Source: Eledone cirrhosa (Eukaryota). From it: 64,000 nucleotides of DNA. Where the stretch lies: NCBI GenBank assembly GCA_964016885.1, contig OZ024741.1, positions 108,004,001-108,068,000 of the forward strand. The letters run 5' to 3'. Made by a program: the position numbers and the translations under genes. A model generated the notes under the pieces. That model saw nothing but the letters and a program-made list of their open reading frames with translations, was not told the DNA's origin and did no database searches. This document shows positions 1 to 13,330 of this stretch, piece by piece; positions within the stretch are counted from its first letter, which is position 1; every line of letters begins with the position of its first letter.

Positions 1-807
1 CAAACACTTACACATTAATTTTACGAGCCGTCTGTTACGTTGATCGAACAACTCATCGTCGCAACCTACGGAGGTCTACTTTACTATGTAATGGTATATA
101 TCAGCAGGTACAAAAACATAAAAAAAATAGAACATTGCTGTTATTCTTTCATGTTTTCTCTTTAAAAAATTAGAAAAAAATGAAGCGTAATGTATGTGAA
201 TTAACTGATAAGACAGAATGTTATTCGTTGCTGAGTCTTCACATTTAAAAAAATAACGTGTTTTTTTTAACAGCTTTATTGAAAGACTTGTGACATTAAG
301 TGTTTTAAAACACTACGTAAGCGGAAGTTTGGAGGAGGTGGCGTTAATGAGAGTTATCAAGACACAATTTTCTAATTCTGAGAAAAGTTAGTGCGAAAAT
401 GTTTATAGTTATATGTCTATTTCTGTTTTGTTTTCCTTTTGTATGTATCATAATAATGTTGGGTTTTATACATAATTGTCGAAATATAAATGTTTAGTTC
501 TCAGTTGACATATGTAGGAGAGAGGGCTGGAAAGCAGTGTGGAAATAAATTCCAGAATAATCGATAATACCAAATATACTTTTGATTAATTAACGACCAT
601 TCTAATAGCTACTAGATTCATGTAATGTACATATATATACATATATGTGAGTGTGTGTATGTATATATGTATATGTTTATCTCAGGTTGAATCGAGGGTA
701 ACCATAGTAAGGTACTCAATACATAGCAGAGTATAGATATTTAGCATAGAAATGGCTTCTACAGGACAAGAACTGTTTCATTCAGGAGAAATCATCATAT
801 ATATATA

Positions 808-1182
808 TAATAAAATATAAAAGAAGAACGAACACAGATATATAGATATATGTGTTCAAATCGTAAGGGACCTGATTCGCTAAGGTGAAAAGAATACTAA
901 TTATAGACAATTGGGTTCGCTTGTCTCAATTTAAAAAAAAATTAAGAAAATAAATACAAACCGGAATTGTGGTAACTTTGCGAAACAACAGTAAGTTGTC
1001 TGGGTGATTGGTAGTTACCACAATTCCGGTTTGTATTTCTTTTCTTAATTTTTTAAAAAATTGACACAAGCGAACCCAATTGTCTATAGTTAGTATTCTT
1101 TTCACCTTAGCGAATCAGGCCCCTTACGATTTGAACACATATATCTATATATCTGTGTTCGTTCTTCTTTTATATTCTATTA
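808..1182. repeat. Fold-back element, arms 808-977 / 1013-1182, with tail to ~1270
   Basis: ~170-bp near-identical inverted arms, ~35-nt spacer, TA-flanked. Confidence 0.92.
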
Positions 1183-1295
1183 AAATATACGGCTCAGAAA
1201 TATCTCTTTCTTAGAGCTATTTTGTTGTAAGAGACTATTTTGAGTCCCGAACTCAATATATACATTTGATATATTTATATATATATATATACATT

Positions 1296-1349
<54 letters not shown>

Positions 1350-1490
1350 ACACAGATACATGCGGACATATACATGAATGCATCCGCACCAACCGTGAGT
1401 TAAGGGTGCCAACTTCACCGATGTTGCTCAATGAATGACTGGGACAGACCAATTCGGTTGAACTAGACTGAACCAGTATCAGAGTTAAAA

Positions 1491-1889
1491 ATACATTATG
1501 AAGAGAGAAGAAACATTTAGATATAATTAGTAATAAAATGTATCATACCTAAACTGCTCCTACGGCTTCGATATAAATACCCCCTCCGCCTCCGTGGTAT
1601 TTGATTCGGGGTTATAAGAGGCTTAGCTCTGTTTCTCGACCGTTATATCGCGTGACTATCTCCCCCTCCGCCTTTTGGGATTCTTTCTCACGTCGTGTAG
1701 ACGCGTTCTTGAGACTAGTAAAATGAGGTATCCCCTTGATAAGTCGGCAGACATCGCAAGGACTCTATATCTTTATGATATATTGTTTTTGTTTATGCCA
1801 CGAAACTACGTAGTCGAGGAATCTAGGAGCAATTTAGGTATGATACATTTTATTACTAATTATATCTAAATGTTTCTTCTCTCTTCATA

Positions 1890-1895
<6 letters not shown>
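1491..1895. repeat. Fold-back element, arms ~1491-1562 / 1824-1895
   Basis: Inverted arms; HHR 3' half GAAAC-TACGTA-GTC at 1802-1815. Confidence 0.85.
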
Positions 1896-1963
<68 letters not shown>

Positions 1964-1989
1964 GAGGAGGGATGAGGGAGAAGAATGGA

Positions 1990-3180
1990 AGTTATCAGTT
2001 TCGAATGGTAAGACGATGTACAGCTATGTACTCGATACTTGCGAAAGTAGAGTATATCTATTGTAAATATTCAGTGCCTCACTGCTGAGCTCATGCTCTT
2101 TCAAAGGCAAGTAGATCCACTATGTATATATATAGGTGTAAAGGAAGAAGGTTTTCATAGCAAATAAAGGGGCGGAATTTGCGAGCGTTCTAACCCTGTA
2201 TTCAATTACTTCCGACATAGGTGTTGTTGTGTCGTTTGGCTTGTTGCAGCGTGCTGGTTAGAAGTTCAACGGCAACAGATAAATATCTTATTATTTTAGT
2301 TTGGTTTCTACATTTTAGCTTCTAATTCTAATTCACTTAGTCTATTTTTAAGTACTTGGTTTCAATGGAGAATTTTTACGTACTATATGTTGTACAGCAT
2401 ATTTGCAATCTAGTGTTAGTTTCATTAAATTAGATTTATTGCTGGTTCTGAATTTGATAACGTATTCTGAATTATGTTTTTTCTACAAGGTTTATGTAAT
2501 GATTAATTTAGATTTCAGTTAATTTTAGTTAAATTTTATTCTCTTGTTAGGTATTTTGAGATACCATGGAAAGCAGCCATCATATATGATGAATGTGGTA
2601 TTTGTCCAGTAGTTTTAAGATTAAGTGTTCTACAAAGTGTATGATGCTAATTTATCTAGTAACTACAATATTTAAGGGAAACCGAGTATTGAGGAGGATT
2701 GTGGCCTGATGAAATTTGTCCTCTTAGTGCCAGTATTGTAGCTTGGAAATTTATTACGTTTGGATTGGCAGTATCGGTAGAGGGTCGAACGCCATGCTTT
2801 CCAGGATAGTTACGTCCCTTAACGATCTGAGTTCAAATCCCGCCGAGGTTGACTTTGCCTTTCATCCTTACGGGGTCGATAAAATAAAGTACCAGTAATG
2901 CACTGGGTAATTGCTGACCTTGTTCCAAAAGTAGAAACAGTTATTATCTTACTATCCTGTGTTTAAATTTAGTTTGGGTTTATTTCTTTGTTATGTGTTT
3001 CAGGTTTTGTTGATTAGACATAAAATATTTGTGGTTGATTTGCTTGCAATAGATGTTGATTTATTGGATTAAAAGTTATACTATGTGATTTGGTAATTGT
3101 ATTTATCATGTAGGTGTTAGTTTGTGTGTGTATGAGTTACGAAGAGTTTTCTAAGATATAATGATCGATTAGTCTCAAAA
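1990..3180 (-). mobile_element. Highly decayed Penelope-like fragment, interrupted by a SINE
   Basis: Minus-strand remnant resembling the Cys linker (PARCNKPN..TTPMS) and strand-biased composition; weak. Confidence 0.35.
2762..2946 (+). mobile_element. tRNA-derived SINE (family A)
   Basis: A box TGGCAGTATCGG, B box GAGTTCAAATC, core GACTTTGCCTTTCATCCTTACGGGGTCGATAAAATAAAGTACCAG; five copies in the window. Confidence 0.85.
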
Positions 3181-5292
3181 CTATATATTCTATATATATA
3201 AAACAGAAGATGTCTGTCTGTATGTCTGTGTAACCGCATGCATTTCTACATTTTACAATCGATTTGCACCAAATTTCATACGTAGGTTTCTGAAGTCATA
3301 TTGCGCGTCGTAGGCTATTTTATTGTTCCGTATATCGATTGTGGGCCCCCAGGGGCAGATAAACCCTTTACGTCTCTCGCTTGGAGTCAGCAGAACTACT
3401 GCATAAAGGCCTCGTAATTCCTGAAGTTTGCCTCCCATCTTCACCAAAATTGTTTGCTTATGGCCTACAAATAAATTTTCAGGCATGAACTTGCGCAGAA
3501 ATTCAGGTAGGGAACTCGGGGAGGGGGGGGGGGCAGTAAACCGACTTGATGAAGGTTGAAGTTGATATCATCAATGCAACAAAACGTCATAACTCGTTTG
3601 GGTTTCACGAAGCGAAACGTATGGTTACCCATGGCTTATAGAGGAAGGTGAACACATGTACTTTTACTTAAATATTAAGAGGACCCCGGGGTGGGGGGAC
3701 CCTTTCGACTTATCTATTGAAGTTCACATTAACACTGTATTATTACCTGATAACTTTTGAAGTTTACGTTCGATTTTAACTTTACCGGAGACATTGGTTA
3801 CCCATTGCCTAAAGATGGTGTTGAAGACACTGTCTATACCCGGAACAAGCATTTATTGAATTTGGCTATTTATTGTAATGCAGCAAAGCGTCATAGCTTC
3901 GATAATTGGTAGTCCATAACATTAATTCCGAATTAGTTGTTATTCATGTACTACAGATGAAGATACAGTGAAGCACATTTACTTTCATTTCAATTCAGCA
4001 AGAGGACCCCCTCGGGAACAATGAGCCCAATTTATTAACCTATAACAGTTCAAATTGCCACAATAAAAAAGCACCATAACCTCGGGAGTTTATACTTGAT
4101 TCTTACAAAAACTAAACGAAATGGATATTGCCTGCCATAAGATAAAGCACACACATTCGTTATCACTTGAATTTTGCAAGGGTACCACCTAGAGTGGGCA
4201 GTGAGCCCATTTGGACCACTTTTAAAGTTCATATTATGGTCGCAGCAAAGCATTTCAACTTCTGGAAATAAAAGTCAATGTAAACGAAAGTTGATGCATC
4301 GGTTACTCATGTCCTACAAATGGAGTAGCGTATTTTTAAATCCCCCTGACTTAACTTTAGTTTGTTTAATTAACTTTAGGATGATTGAATTTAATTTTGC
4401 ACGCGGTTTATTCCCCCGTGTAATTGCACCACAATTAAGTGCAGAATGGGGAGTTACATTTTTTTCCTTGAAATTTGATGTCATTTCACACTCCTAACCA
4501 AGAAAGCGCGATTTGACCAAGGTGTAAATTTTAACGCCTACTGTATGTGGATTGTGCTATTTCACACTCATGCCTAAACAGTGCGAATGATTGATTAGTT
4601 TTTGCACCCGGTTGTCTCCCCCCTTTAATTGCATCTCAATTAAGTGCGAAATGGCAACCTCTGGCCAACAACACATCAGTGAGTTGTATTTAGTAGATTT
4701 CAGCACACTTATTTGTATTATCTAACCAATCCGACAACTCGAGTGTTGTTCATTGAGCGAAATCTCTCCTATTTATATCGGTCAAATCCGATCTAGGATC
4801 ACACTTCTTTTTTGGCTTTTGACAAGTGGTAGGTTTTTTTACATGCATACTCTCATAAGCTGTCCCATGTTTCTGAAATGCATGCTTCTCCAACATTTGT
4901 CACCTTAAAGGAGGTTTAGTTAATGTGTTTATGATCATAAGGTTCCAGTTTATCATGCTGTGATTTTTGGCCATTTTTGCCTGTATCCTTTCAATGGTTA
5001 GTACTTACGTTTTGGTATGTTCGAACTGAACAAACATACTGACACTTATATATCTACCACTGTAGCCACACTATTTTATTTCCTTTATCACAGGTAGTCT
5101 GTAGTCTGCGTTGCCCCTAACTTAAAACCGGAAATTTGACTGGTACACAAAATCTTGCAAAACATACCCACTTTCTCAGACCACATAGATTTATCACATT
5201 TTTTCACTATTTATATCGATGTTTAGATTTGCTTACCTAAACGTTATTTATCCACTATTTATCGTTCTCCCTGGTTAATTTTCTAAAAAACA

Positions 5293-5715
5293 ATGACCCC
5301 CCCCCCCCCGACCCCGAAAAGAACTTTTATTGGTTGATTATCTAATGATGCAAGTAGGTCTAAGCGAAGGCGTCTCACCGAAGATGTAAATGCGACTGCG
5401 ATCAGGCTCTCACAGAATGTTGTGCAGACGGCAGCTGCAAGAGCGGGGGAGGATGACAGTCAGCGTGAACCTCGACGGAACAAAGGTGCTGCCGCGACTG
5501 CTGCTGCACGCGCTCGAGAGGATGAAGGACGACGTGTCGTTCGACGAAGCAGGGGTGCCACTGCAACATCCGCTGCTCGCACTCGAGAGGATGAAGGACG
5601 ACGCGCCGTTCGTCGAAGAAGGGACGCCACTTCAACTGCCGCTGCTCGCGTGCGAGAGGATGAAGGACGACGCGCCGGTCGACAAAGCAGGGACGCCACT
5701 GCAACAGCCGCTGCT
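5293..5715 (+). pseudogene. Helitron RepHel N-terminus with 23-aa repeats (left part, before LINE insertion)
   Basis: ATG at 5293 (MTPPPPTPKRTFIG*LSNDASRSKRRR...) is in frame with ORF 5422. Repeats EDEGRRxVRRSRxATATxAARxR at a 69-bp period. Confidence 0.75.
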
Positions 5716-8204
5716 TTACCGTGGTAAAGTCATTACGTGGCAAAGTTTCAAAGTAAACTGGGAAATCTTTGACGTATGAAGGTAGTCTACGCCAGCGACC
5801 GGGAGGAGGCTGAAGCTTTTGTACGAGAGTATGCCACCATAAGTGGAAGAAAGAGCGACAAAGAATCATGAAGGACAGGAAGACTATTGAAAAGAGAATT
5901 GAAAGACCTGCTCCTTGCCCCCAGGCAAAGGATAGAAGCCGATTTCACCCTGGATGAACTCAACGCTGCAATTAAAAAGATCAAAGCACGTAAAACAGCA
6001 GGTCCAGATGAAATAGCGCCAGACCTTCTTAAACGCCTAACTAAATCTATTCAAATTGAACTCTGGAAATTTTAGACCATAGTTGGACGAAAATTTGGTG
6101 ACCTCAGTCTTGGCGGACGGCGACAATCGTACCTTTCCACAAAAAAGGCAAAGATCCAGCAGAAGTAGGGAGCTACCTCCCAATATCACTGACCTCAACA
6201 ATAGGAAAATTACTTGAAAGACTGATTGCTACCCGTCTGTCATGGTGGCTCGAGGAGCATTCGATTCTCAGTCCCTGGTAGGCGGGTTTCAGGATAGGAC
6301 GCAGTCCATCCGACCAATGCCTCCGACTCTCCCAATTCATCTTGGATGGGTTCCAGTCATCGCAGCGCATACGCATCCTAGCCACATTTTTCCACTTTAG
6401 CAGGGCGTACGATCGTGGCTGGAGAACCGGACTACTGCAGAGCATGCTGAGGCTTGGTGTTCCTCTACGTTTTGTTGAATGGTTGTCGACATGGCTCGTG
6501 AACCGCACCGCGAGAGTCCGTCTTAACTCAACGACAGGTCGGAGCAGATTGTTTAAAGAAGGCCTTCCACAAGGGGCCGTCCTGTCTCCAATCCTCTTCA
6601 CGGTCTACATAAACAGCCTTTCAGATGAATTTGAAGAATCTACGCACGTCAGCGCCTACGTAGATGATCTGGCGATCGTGTGTAACGGAAGGAATAAAGA
6701 TGAAGTAGCCGCCCTACTACAAATAGAGGTTGACAAGGTACCTGAATGGAGCAAGGAAGCTAGACAGCAGCTCAATATTAATAAATGCGAGACAGCATGT
6801 TTCAGTCTTGATGGAGCAGAGGCAAAGTGGCAGCCCAGTATCGGAATAGCCGGGAAGCAACTTTCTTGCAACCCTTTCCCAAAATTCCCGGGCATCACAT
6901 ACGATCGGCAGTTAACCTTTGGGGAACATGTCGAGAAGGTATGTCGAACTATCCAATCGAGAACGAACCTACTAAAAACTGTAGCAGGAACAACGTGGTG
7001 CTGGAAGAAGGCGGATTTCGTCAAATCTACACTGCCGTACAACAAAGCATCGCAGAATATGCGGCCCCGGCGTGGATACCCTGGTTGTCTCCCACCAACA
7101 TCGGCAAGCTCAAAAGAGTACAACTAGACGTGGCTCGAGCCATCACCGGCCAAGTCAGAACCACGCCGACTGACACTATGCTAGCAGAATCCCAGTTACC
7201 TACGCTCTCTTCCAGATTCTCGACATTTGCACTGCTTAAAGCTAATCAGTGGGCAAACCTACCAAAGACGGACGAACGGTACAAAGTTTTCAATACCAGC
7301 TGCCAAAAAAAAATCAAAAACACAGACTGGAGAGGCACCCAGTCCCAGCACCTGGCACGACTACATCTTATCCCCCGACACCCCTACCCAAAGATCCAGA
7401 CCCTCCCCCATGGCTAACCCCACCCCCATACATGTATGGTCATCATGAAAGATGGTGAGGTCGTCCTCGAGTGGCGTACAGCAACAGGCGCTAGAAGTAG
7501 CTCCTTTCACTCAGAAAAAGCTGCGCTTAGAGAAGCTATCCGCTGGTTACAAACCAATAACGCAAAATGGACTTCGGCGACCATCATCTGCGACTGTAAA
7601 TTTCTAGTTCAGGCAATCGACAACTCTGCCCCCAAAGATCCCACTATAACAGAACTCCAGGCAGCAGTTAACAACATCGGAGAAGACAAAAACCTAACTG
7701 TTGTATGGGTCCCTGGTCACTGTAATCTACAAGGGGATGAACTAGCAGACAAACTCGCAAAGCAGGGCTCCTCACTTCCACAACCCAAGACCCCTGCTGG
7801 CCATGCCACGAGACAAGATCTCATCAAAAGGGAGTGTAGACCAGCACCCTTCACCCACGAGAGAACTATCCAAACCTTCAGCAAACCGCCAGACGAGAGA
7901 GTCGAAAACGCTATACACAAGGCTGATCTCACCCACCTTATCCGCTGCAGAAGTGGGTACCATCCAGCACATCGCAGGTGGCAGCTACTGACTGACAAAT
8001 GTGAAGTCAGCACTTGCAGACTCTGCGGTGAAGAGGAGGATGAGTCTGAACACCTCTGGCTACGATGCCCTGCATTAGCGATCGAGAGATACCATCACCA
8101 ACTCCGTACATCCTTAGAGGAATTAGTTCGTCTCCAAAGTCGCATCTCTCGCGGTTCTGAGGAGGATCCTCAGGCGCCTGAAGTGAATCAACAACAACAA
8201 CAAC
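5716..8204 (+). mobile_element. 5'-truncated non-LTR retrotransposon (I-group-like: RT, RNase H, CCHC), decayed
   Basis: KTAGPDEI, GLPQGAVLSPILF, AYVDDLAI (RT). ICDCK..WVPGHCNLQGDELADKLAK (RNase H). CRLCGEEEDESEHLWLRC. (CAA)n tail right after TGA. 12-bp TSD ACAGCCGCTGCT 5704-5715 / ACAGCCACTGCT 8205-8216. Confidence 0.93.
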
Positions 8205-11200
8205 ACAGCCACTGCTCGCGCGCGAGAGGATGAAGGACGACGCGCCGTTCGACGAAGCAGGGACGCCACTGCAACAGTCGCTGCTCGCGCTCAAGAGGAT
8301 GAAGGACGACGCGCCGTTCGACGAAGCAGGGACGCCACTGCAACAGTCGCTGCTCGCGCTCAAGAGGATGAAGGACGACGCGCCGTTCGACGAAGCAGGG
8401 ACGCCACTGCAACAGTCGCTGCTCGCGCTCAAGAGGATGAAGGATGACGCACCGTTCGACGAAGCAGGGACGCCGCTGCCACTGCTGTTGCACGAAATAC
8501 CGAAACCATAGAGCAACGACGTGGCCGACTTCTGCAAAGTGAACAGCAGCGATCATCTTTACGTGGCATTTCTAGGACTTGAAATTCACGATGGTTGTTG
8601 AAGGCCTTTTACTACGACCCCTCCTTCGACTACGCCGTCCATGCAGATATTCAAATTGGGGAAATGGCCTCTACTTGCCAGTTTTGTCGTACGAAAAAAT
8701 GGCCAGGGGAAAGAGATGCAATGTGCTGTTCAAAGGGTAAAGTTAGACTATCTCCTATTCACGACCCTCCAGAGACATTGCAACTCCTTTTGACAGACAC
8801 GACGGAGGAATCTTCGAAGTTTCTGCGTAATATCCGCGGCTACAATTCCGCGTTTCAAATGACATCCTTCGGAGCAAAGCTTGCCTCGGAACGTGGGTTT
8901 ACGCCAACATTCAAGGTCCAGGGGCAGATCTACCACTTGATTGGGTCTATTTAGCCTCTGGTAGAAAAGGATCCTCAATTTCTTCAGTTATACTTCGTTG
9001 GAAACTACCAGGAGCAGGCAGAGATGCGTAACTCTATTTCGTCCGAAACTAACATTGAAACCATAATAAAACTTCAAGAAGTGCTTCATGACAAAAACAG
9101 CTATGTTCGCAGTTTCAAGTACGGAAACAGCCACCGACCAAAACTTTAGTGTGGTCATACATGCTGACCGAAAGCCATCTGGAGAACATGCTGGTCGGTT
9201 CAACGCACCAACATGTAATGAGATTGCTGCGGTTATTTGTGGTGAACAGCACAAGAAGAGAGATATCATTCTAAAGCACCGAACAGCACATTACAGCGTA
9301 TCAATGGGACACACAGGTCCTACGATGCACTCCAGTATCCCTTGTCAACGGCGAGGACGGATACCATTTCGGCATTCCTCAACATTCAGCAGGCAATGGT
9401 GAAGCATATCTTAGCAAAACTGTCACCTGCATGGATTCCTACGCTTTCCGATTTATGGTAAGGGACAATTCATTCAACCATCTACACCGTTCTCGGGACC
9501 TTTTCCAACAGTTTGCTGTTGATATGGCCATTAAAATGGAGTCCGAGAGATTATGGTTCATTAAATTAAACCAAAAGAAACTTCGATCTGAATGCTACAT
9601 TCATCTACGCGATGGAATTAACAACGACGTATCTCCAGACAATTTAGGGCAAGTGTGTATTTTGCCTTCAAAGTTCATAGGTGGACCCCGATATATGCAC
9701 GAGAGGACTCAGGACGCCATGACTTACGTACCACATTATGGGCGCACCGACCTTTTCATAACGTTTACATGCAATCCCAAGTGGAAGGCGATTACAAACG
9801 AACTGTTCCACAGTCAAGCGCCAAGACACAGGCACGATCTCATAGCAAGAGTGTTCCGTCTGAAATTATCCAAATTATTGGATTTATTAAAGCAAGGACA
9901 GGTCTTGGGGCCTCTCAGGTGCGACATGTACACGGTTGAATGGCAGAAACGAGGGCTGCCGCATGCCCATATCTTGATTTGGTTGTTTACAAAAATCAGT
10001 TCAAACTACTTGGACAAATTCATTTCTGCCGAACTACCTGATCCGTCGATTGACAAGGACCTCTTCTCTATAGTCACATCAAACATGGCCCATGGTCCTT
10101 CCGGACATGGATTCAATATGAAGACCCCGTGCATACACGACGGAAAGTGTACAAAACGATATCCCAGGCCGTTTTTACAGGAAACACAGACTGGGTGTGA
10201 CGGATATCCGTTGTATAGGAGCAGGAGACCTGAAGACGGTGGGTTCACAGCAAAGGTTGGGGAAAGCGAAATCGACAACAGCTGTATAGTGCCACATCCT
10301 CGTGAAGGCGTTCAACGCCCATGTAAACGTCGAATTTTGCAACTCAGTAAAATCAATTAAATACGTTTGTAAGTACGTAAACAAGGGATCGGATGCTGCC
10401 GTCTTTGGTCTTCGTCATGAAAACAGTAGAGACGAAGTATCTGACTACCAAGCAGGCCGATACATTAGCAGCAATGAAGCCTTTTGGCGCATTTTTTGGC
10501 TTCCCACTGCACCAACGACACCCCGTCATTAAACAACTTGCCGTTCACCTTGGAAACGGTCAACGGGTGTATTTCAACGATGCAACAGCTGCTCAGCTAG
10601 CGATCCCACCAAAGGAAACTACACTCACCACTTTTTTCAAACCTTGTCAACACGACGTCTTCGCTCGATCTCTGCTGTATTCTGAAATCCCGTCTTACTA
10701 TACATGGAACCGGACAAAATGGCTACGAATGAATGTAGGGCAAGAGGTGGTTTGACATCCAGGCATCAAATTCGACAATTAGCTTGGGCGAGTTTATACA
10801 GTCCACCCTACCCAACAAGAATGCTTCTACCTGCGACTTCTGCTTCATGAGATAAGAAGGCCGACCAGCTTCACTCATCTGAGAACCGTCGATGGATACG
10901 CCTGCGGAACGCACAGGGAAACCTGCTTGAGGAGTGAACTTTTAGAAGATGACGCACAATGGCATGCAACCTTGACGGAAGCTGCCATTTCACAATCATC
11001 CCGTAGTCTAAGGGCACTTTTTGCTATCCTCTTGCACGTCTGTGAATTGAGCGATCCTTACTCTTTATGGCAAAGGTTTAAAGATGATTTCGCAGACGAA
11101 TATAGGCGTCTCGCTCAATTGCAATCTCCAAACTTAGATGTCGGCTTTTCAGACGCTATATATAACAGAGCTCTGATCGATATTGAAGACAGAGTGACTT

Positions 11201-11956
11201 CAATGGGCGGAGATGTCTTGGAGAATTATGGGCTTCCGCAAACACTTTGCAGATGCGTTAAGTCAATTGCTGAGTTACGGACATCTGTTTTTCTTAATCT
11301 TGAGGAGAACTACACAAATCAAGAGTGGTTGTGTGAACGCACAATATTGGCTTAGAAAACCCACATAGTTGGAAACATCAATGAACACCTCATGCTGTGG
11401 TTGCCTGAAAACCTGCACGTCTACAAGTCCCTTGACTCTATGGCTGATCCGGACGAAGTTGTTAACTACCCAACAGAATTTCTTAACTCCCTAGACCCTC
11501 CCAGATTGACACTACACTTACTGCAACTTAAGAAAGGTGCCCCTGTCATGCTCCTCAGGAATTTGGAACCCCGACGGCTTTTCAATGGCACGCGTCGGGT
11601 CGTCCAAAAGGCGATGCCTCATATTATTGAGGTAAAAATACTTACAGGATGTGGTAAGAGGGATACTGTCTTCATACCAAGGATACCTCTCATCCGGTAA
11701 AGACATTCCTTTCACAATCAGAAGGCTGCAATTCCCTCTCCGGCTCAGTTTCGCCATGTCGATTAACAAATCACAGAGTCAGGCGCTGACGGTCGTAGAG
11801 CTTAATTTAGAAGAACCGTGCTTCTCCCATGGTCAACTGTATGTTGGTTGCTCTCGAGTGGGGAGCCGACATAACCTATTTGCTTTTCCATCTCGCGAGA
11901 AAACCCAAAATATAGTCTATAAGGAAGTTTTTAGGTACCCATCGGCCAACAAGTAA
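8205..11956 (+). pseudogene. Helitron Rep/PIF1-like helicase pseudogene (stops, frameshifts, internal deletion)
   Basis: Zn motif CQFCRTKKW...MCCSKGKV. HUH Rep motifs YGRTDLFITFTCNPKW, VEWQKRGLPHAHILIW, SIKYVCKYVNKG. PIF1 C-terminal motifs VMLLRNL..NGTR, QFPLRLSFAMSINKSQSQ, FSHGQLYVGCSRV. Confidence 0.95.
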
Positions 11957-12328
11957 CCCCTGTTTTTTGTTGTATAAGTGCTTACATTTGCTGTATCCGT
12001 GTGCTATTTTCGTCCTTTTGACAATACCACGTACGCCTCTGAGGTTGCTTTTGCTATACGTTCAATGTCTCCGTTTTCCGCATTTATATGTTGCTATTAC
12101 GCTTTGCTATAGATGTTCCGTAGTTTTAACCTAATTAAATTAACTTTTCCCTACATTTCCCTACATTTTTTTGACATGCCAGCGTGATCTTGCCAAGGCC
12201 GTCTTTGTGGCCACCGACTGTTACATGCTTTTCTAGGTTACAATCTCAAATAACAAGCAAAGCAAATACGACACACCAAAGTGGTGTGAAGGACTTCTTA
12301 AGGGCCATCACCTCCCTCTAACCGGAGT

Positions 12329-12700
12329 CGTCTTTGCTGACATCTCTGCCGCTGGGACTTTTAATTAAGAGTGAACGATCCAAGGCCCTCTTCAGGGCCA
12401 CCAAGTTTAAATTCTTATCATCGGATTCATCTTTGCTGGCAACACCGCCACTGAGATATTTCAAAGTGAACGTTAAAAGGTCCTCTTCAGGGCCATCAAC
12501 TATACATTGTTATCGCTGGATTCGTCTTTGCTGGCAGCACCGCCGCTGAGACTTTTAAGAGTGAACGATCCAAGGGTCTCTTTAGGGCCACCAACTTTAA
12601 ATTGTTACCATCGGATTCGTCTTTGCTGACAACACCGCCACAGAGATATTTCAAAGTGAACGTTCAAAGGCCCTCTTTAGGGCCAACACCTATCAATTGT
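12329..12700 (+). repeat. ~93-bp subterminal tandem repeat (about 4 copies) inside Helitron
   Basis: Recurring GTCTTTGCTG..CCGCC..GAGA..AAGTGAACG..AAGG..CTCTT.AGGGCCA, with two alternating variants. Confidence 0.8.
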
Positions 12701-12794
12701 TAATTCTATAATCGTGTTTAACGGAAGTCTTTCGGTTCATTTGAACGACTACTCCATTGAGAGTTATACCGGGCAACGCCGGTATCGCTGCTAG

Positions 12795-13330
12795 GAGAAT
12801 ATAGCATAGAAGTTCAAAGATGGCCTATTCAAAATATTCAAAGGCCTAAATCTAATCACGATAGTAAAAATAGTCAACTACTTAGACGTAGCGTAAATAT
12901 TTCACTAGATATTTCAGCCTTACACGAAGCCAAACAACTCAATCTATTACAGAGATAATAAGTCAAACCTCCCATTACGTATTCTTAGATATCTGCCCTC
13001 CAACATGAATAATGGAATCTTTAGCATTCTTAAATATAGTACGGCAAATTATCAGGTATATATATAAAATAACTGAAGATTAGTAGTATCAAAGAAACCA
13101 ATAATACCAATCAAGCGCATAATCAAACAGATATTAACGAAAAGAATATTCAAGTGGTTTAATTCAGCATATTCAATAAATATTACTGCACACACAGACA
13201 AACACTTTCAGAAACTCATCTAGTCTAAACCAATATTCTTATCTGAAATATGTGCAAGGAAATGATTAACCATTACTCACACAAAATAAGTTAGCTATTC
13301 AATCTTATCCAGCTTTGCTGTCAACTTATT
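12795..13330 (+). mobile_element. Decayed Penelope-like RT thumb fragment
   Basis: KIVNYLDV...FQPYTKPNNSIYY..NKSN and FKWFNSAYS, parallel to motifs in the 23673-24551 ORF. Confidence 0.55.

Larger units (their letters stand above)
3189..12794 (+). mobile_element. Helitron, autonomous type, decayed (contains nested LINE)
   Basis: 5' TC-TATATATATAAAA...TGTCTGTCTG start at 3189. 3' hairpin ATACCGG-GCAACG-CCGGTAT (12766-12785) then CTAG (12791-12794). Internal Rep/helicase coding remnants. Flanks are not a perfect A|T target. Confidence 0.88.

Noticed and set aside
2705-2725. CTGATGA box as a hammerhead
   Set aside because: No helix II partner or properly placed GAAA/helix III
8007-8556. ORFs MKDDAPFDEAG… and antisense repeat ORFs
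   Set aside because: Alternative frames of the Helitron 69-bp repeat; the frame continuous with RepHel is EDEGRR…
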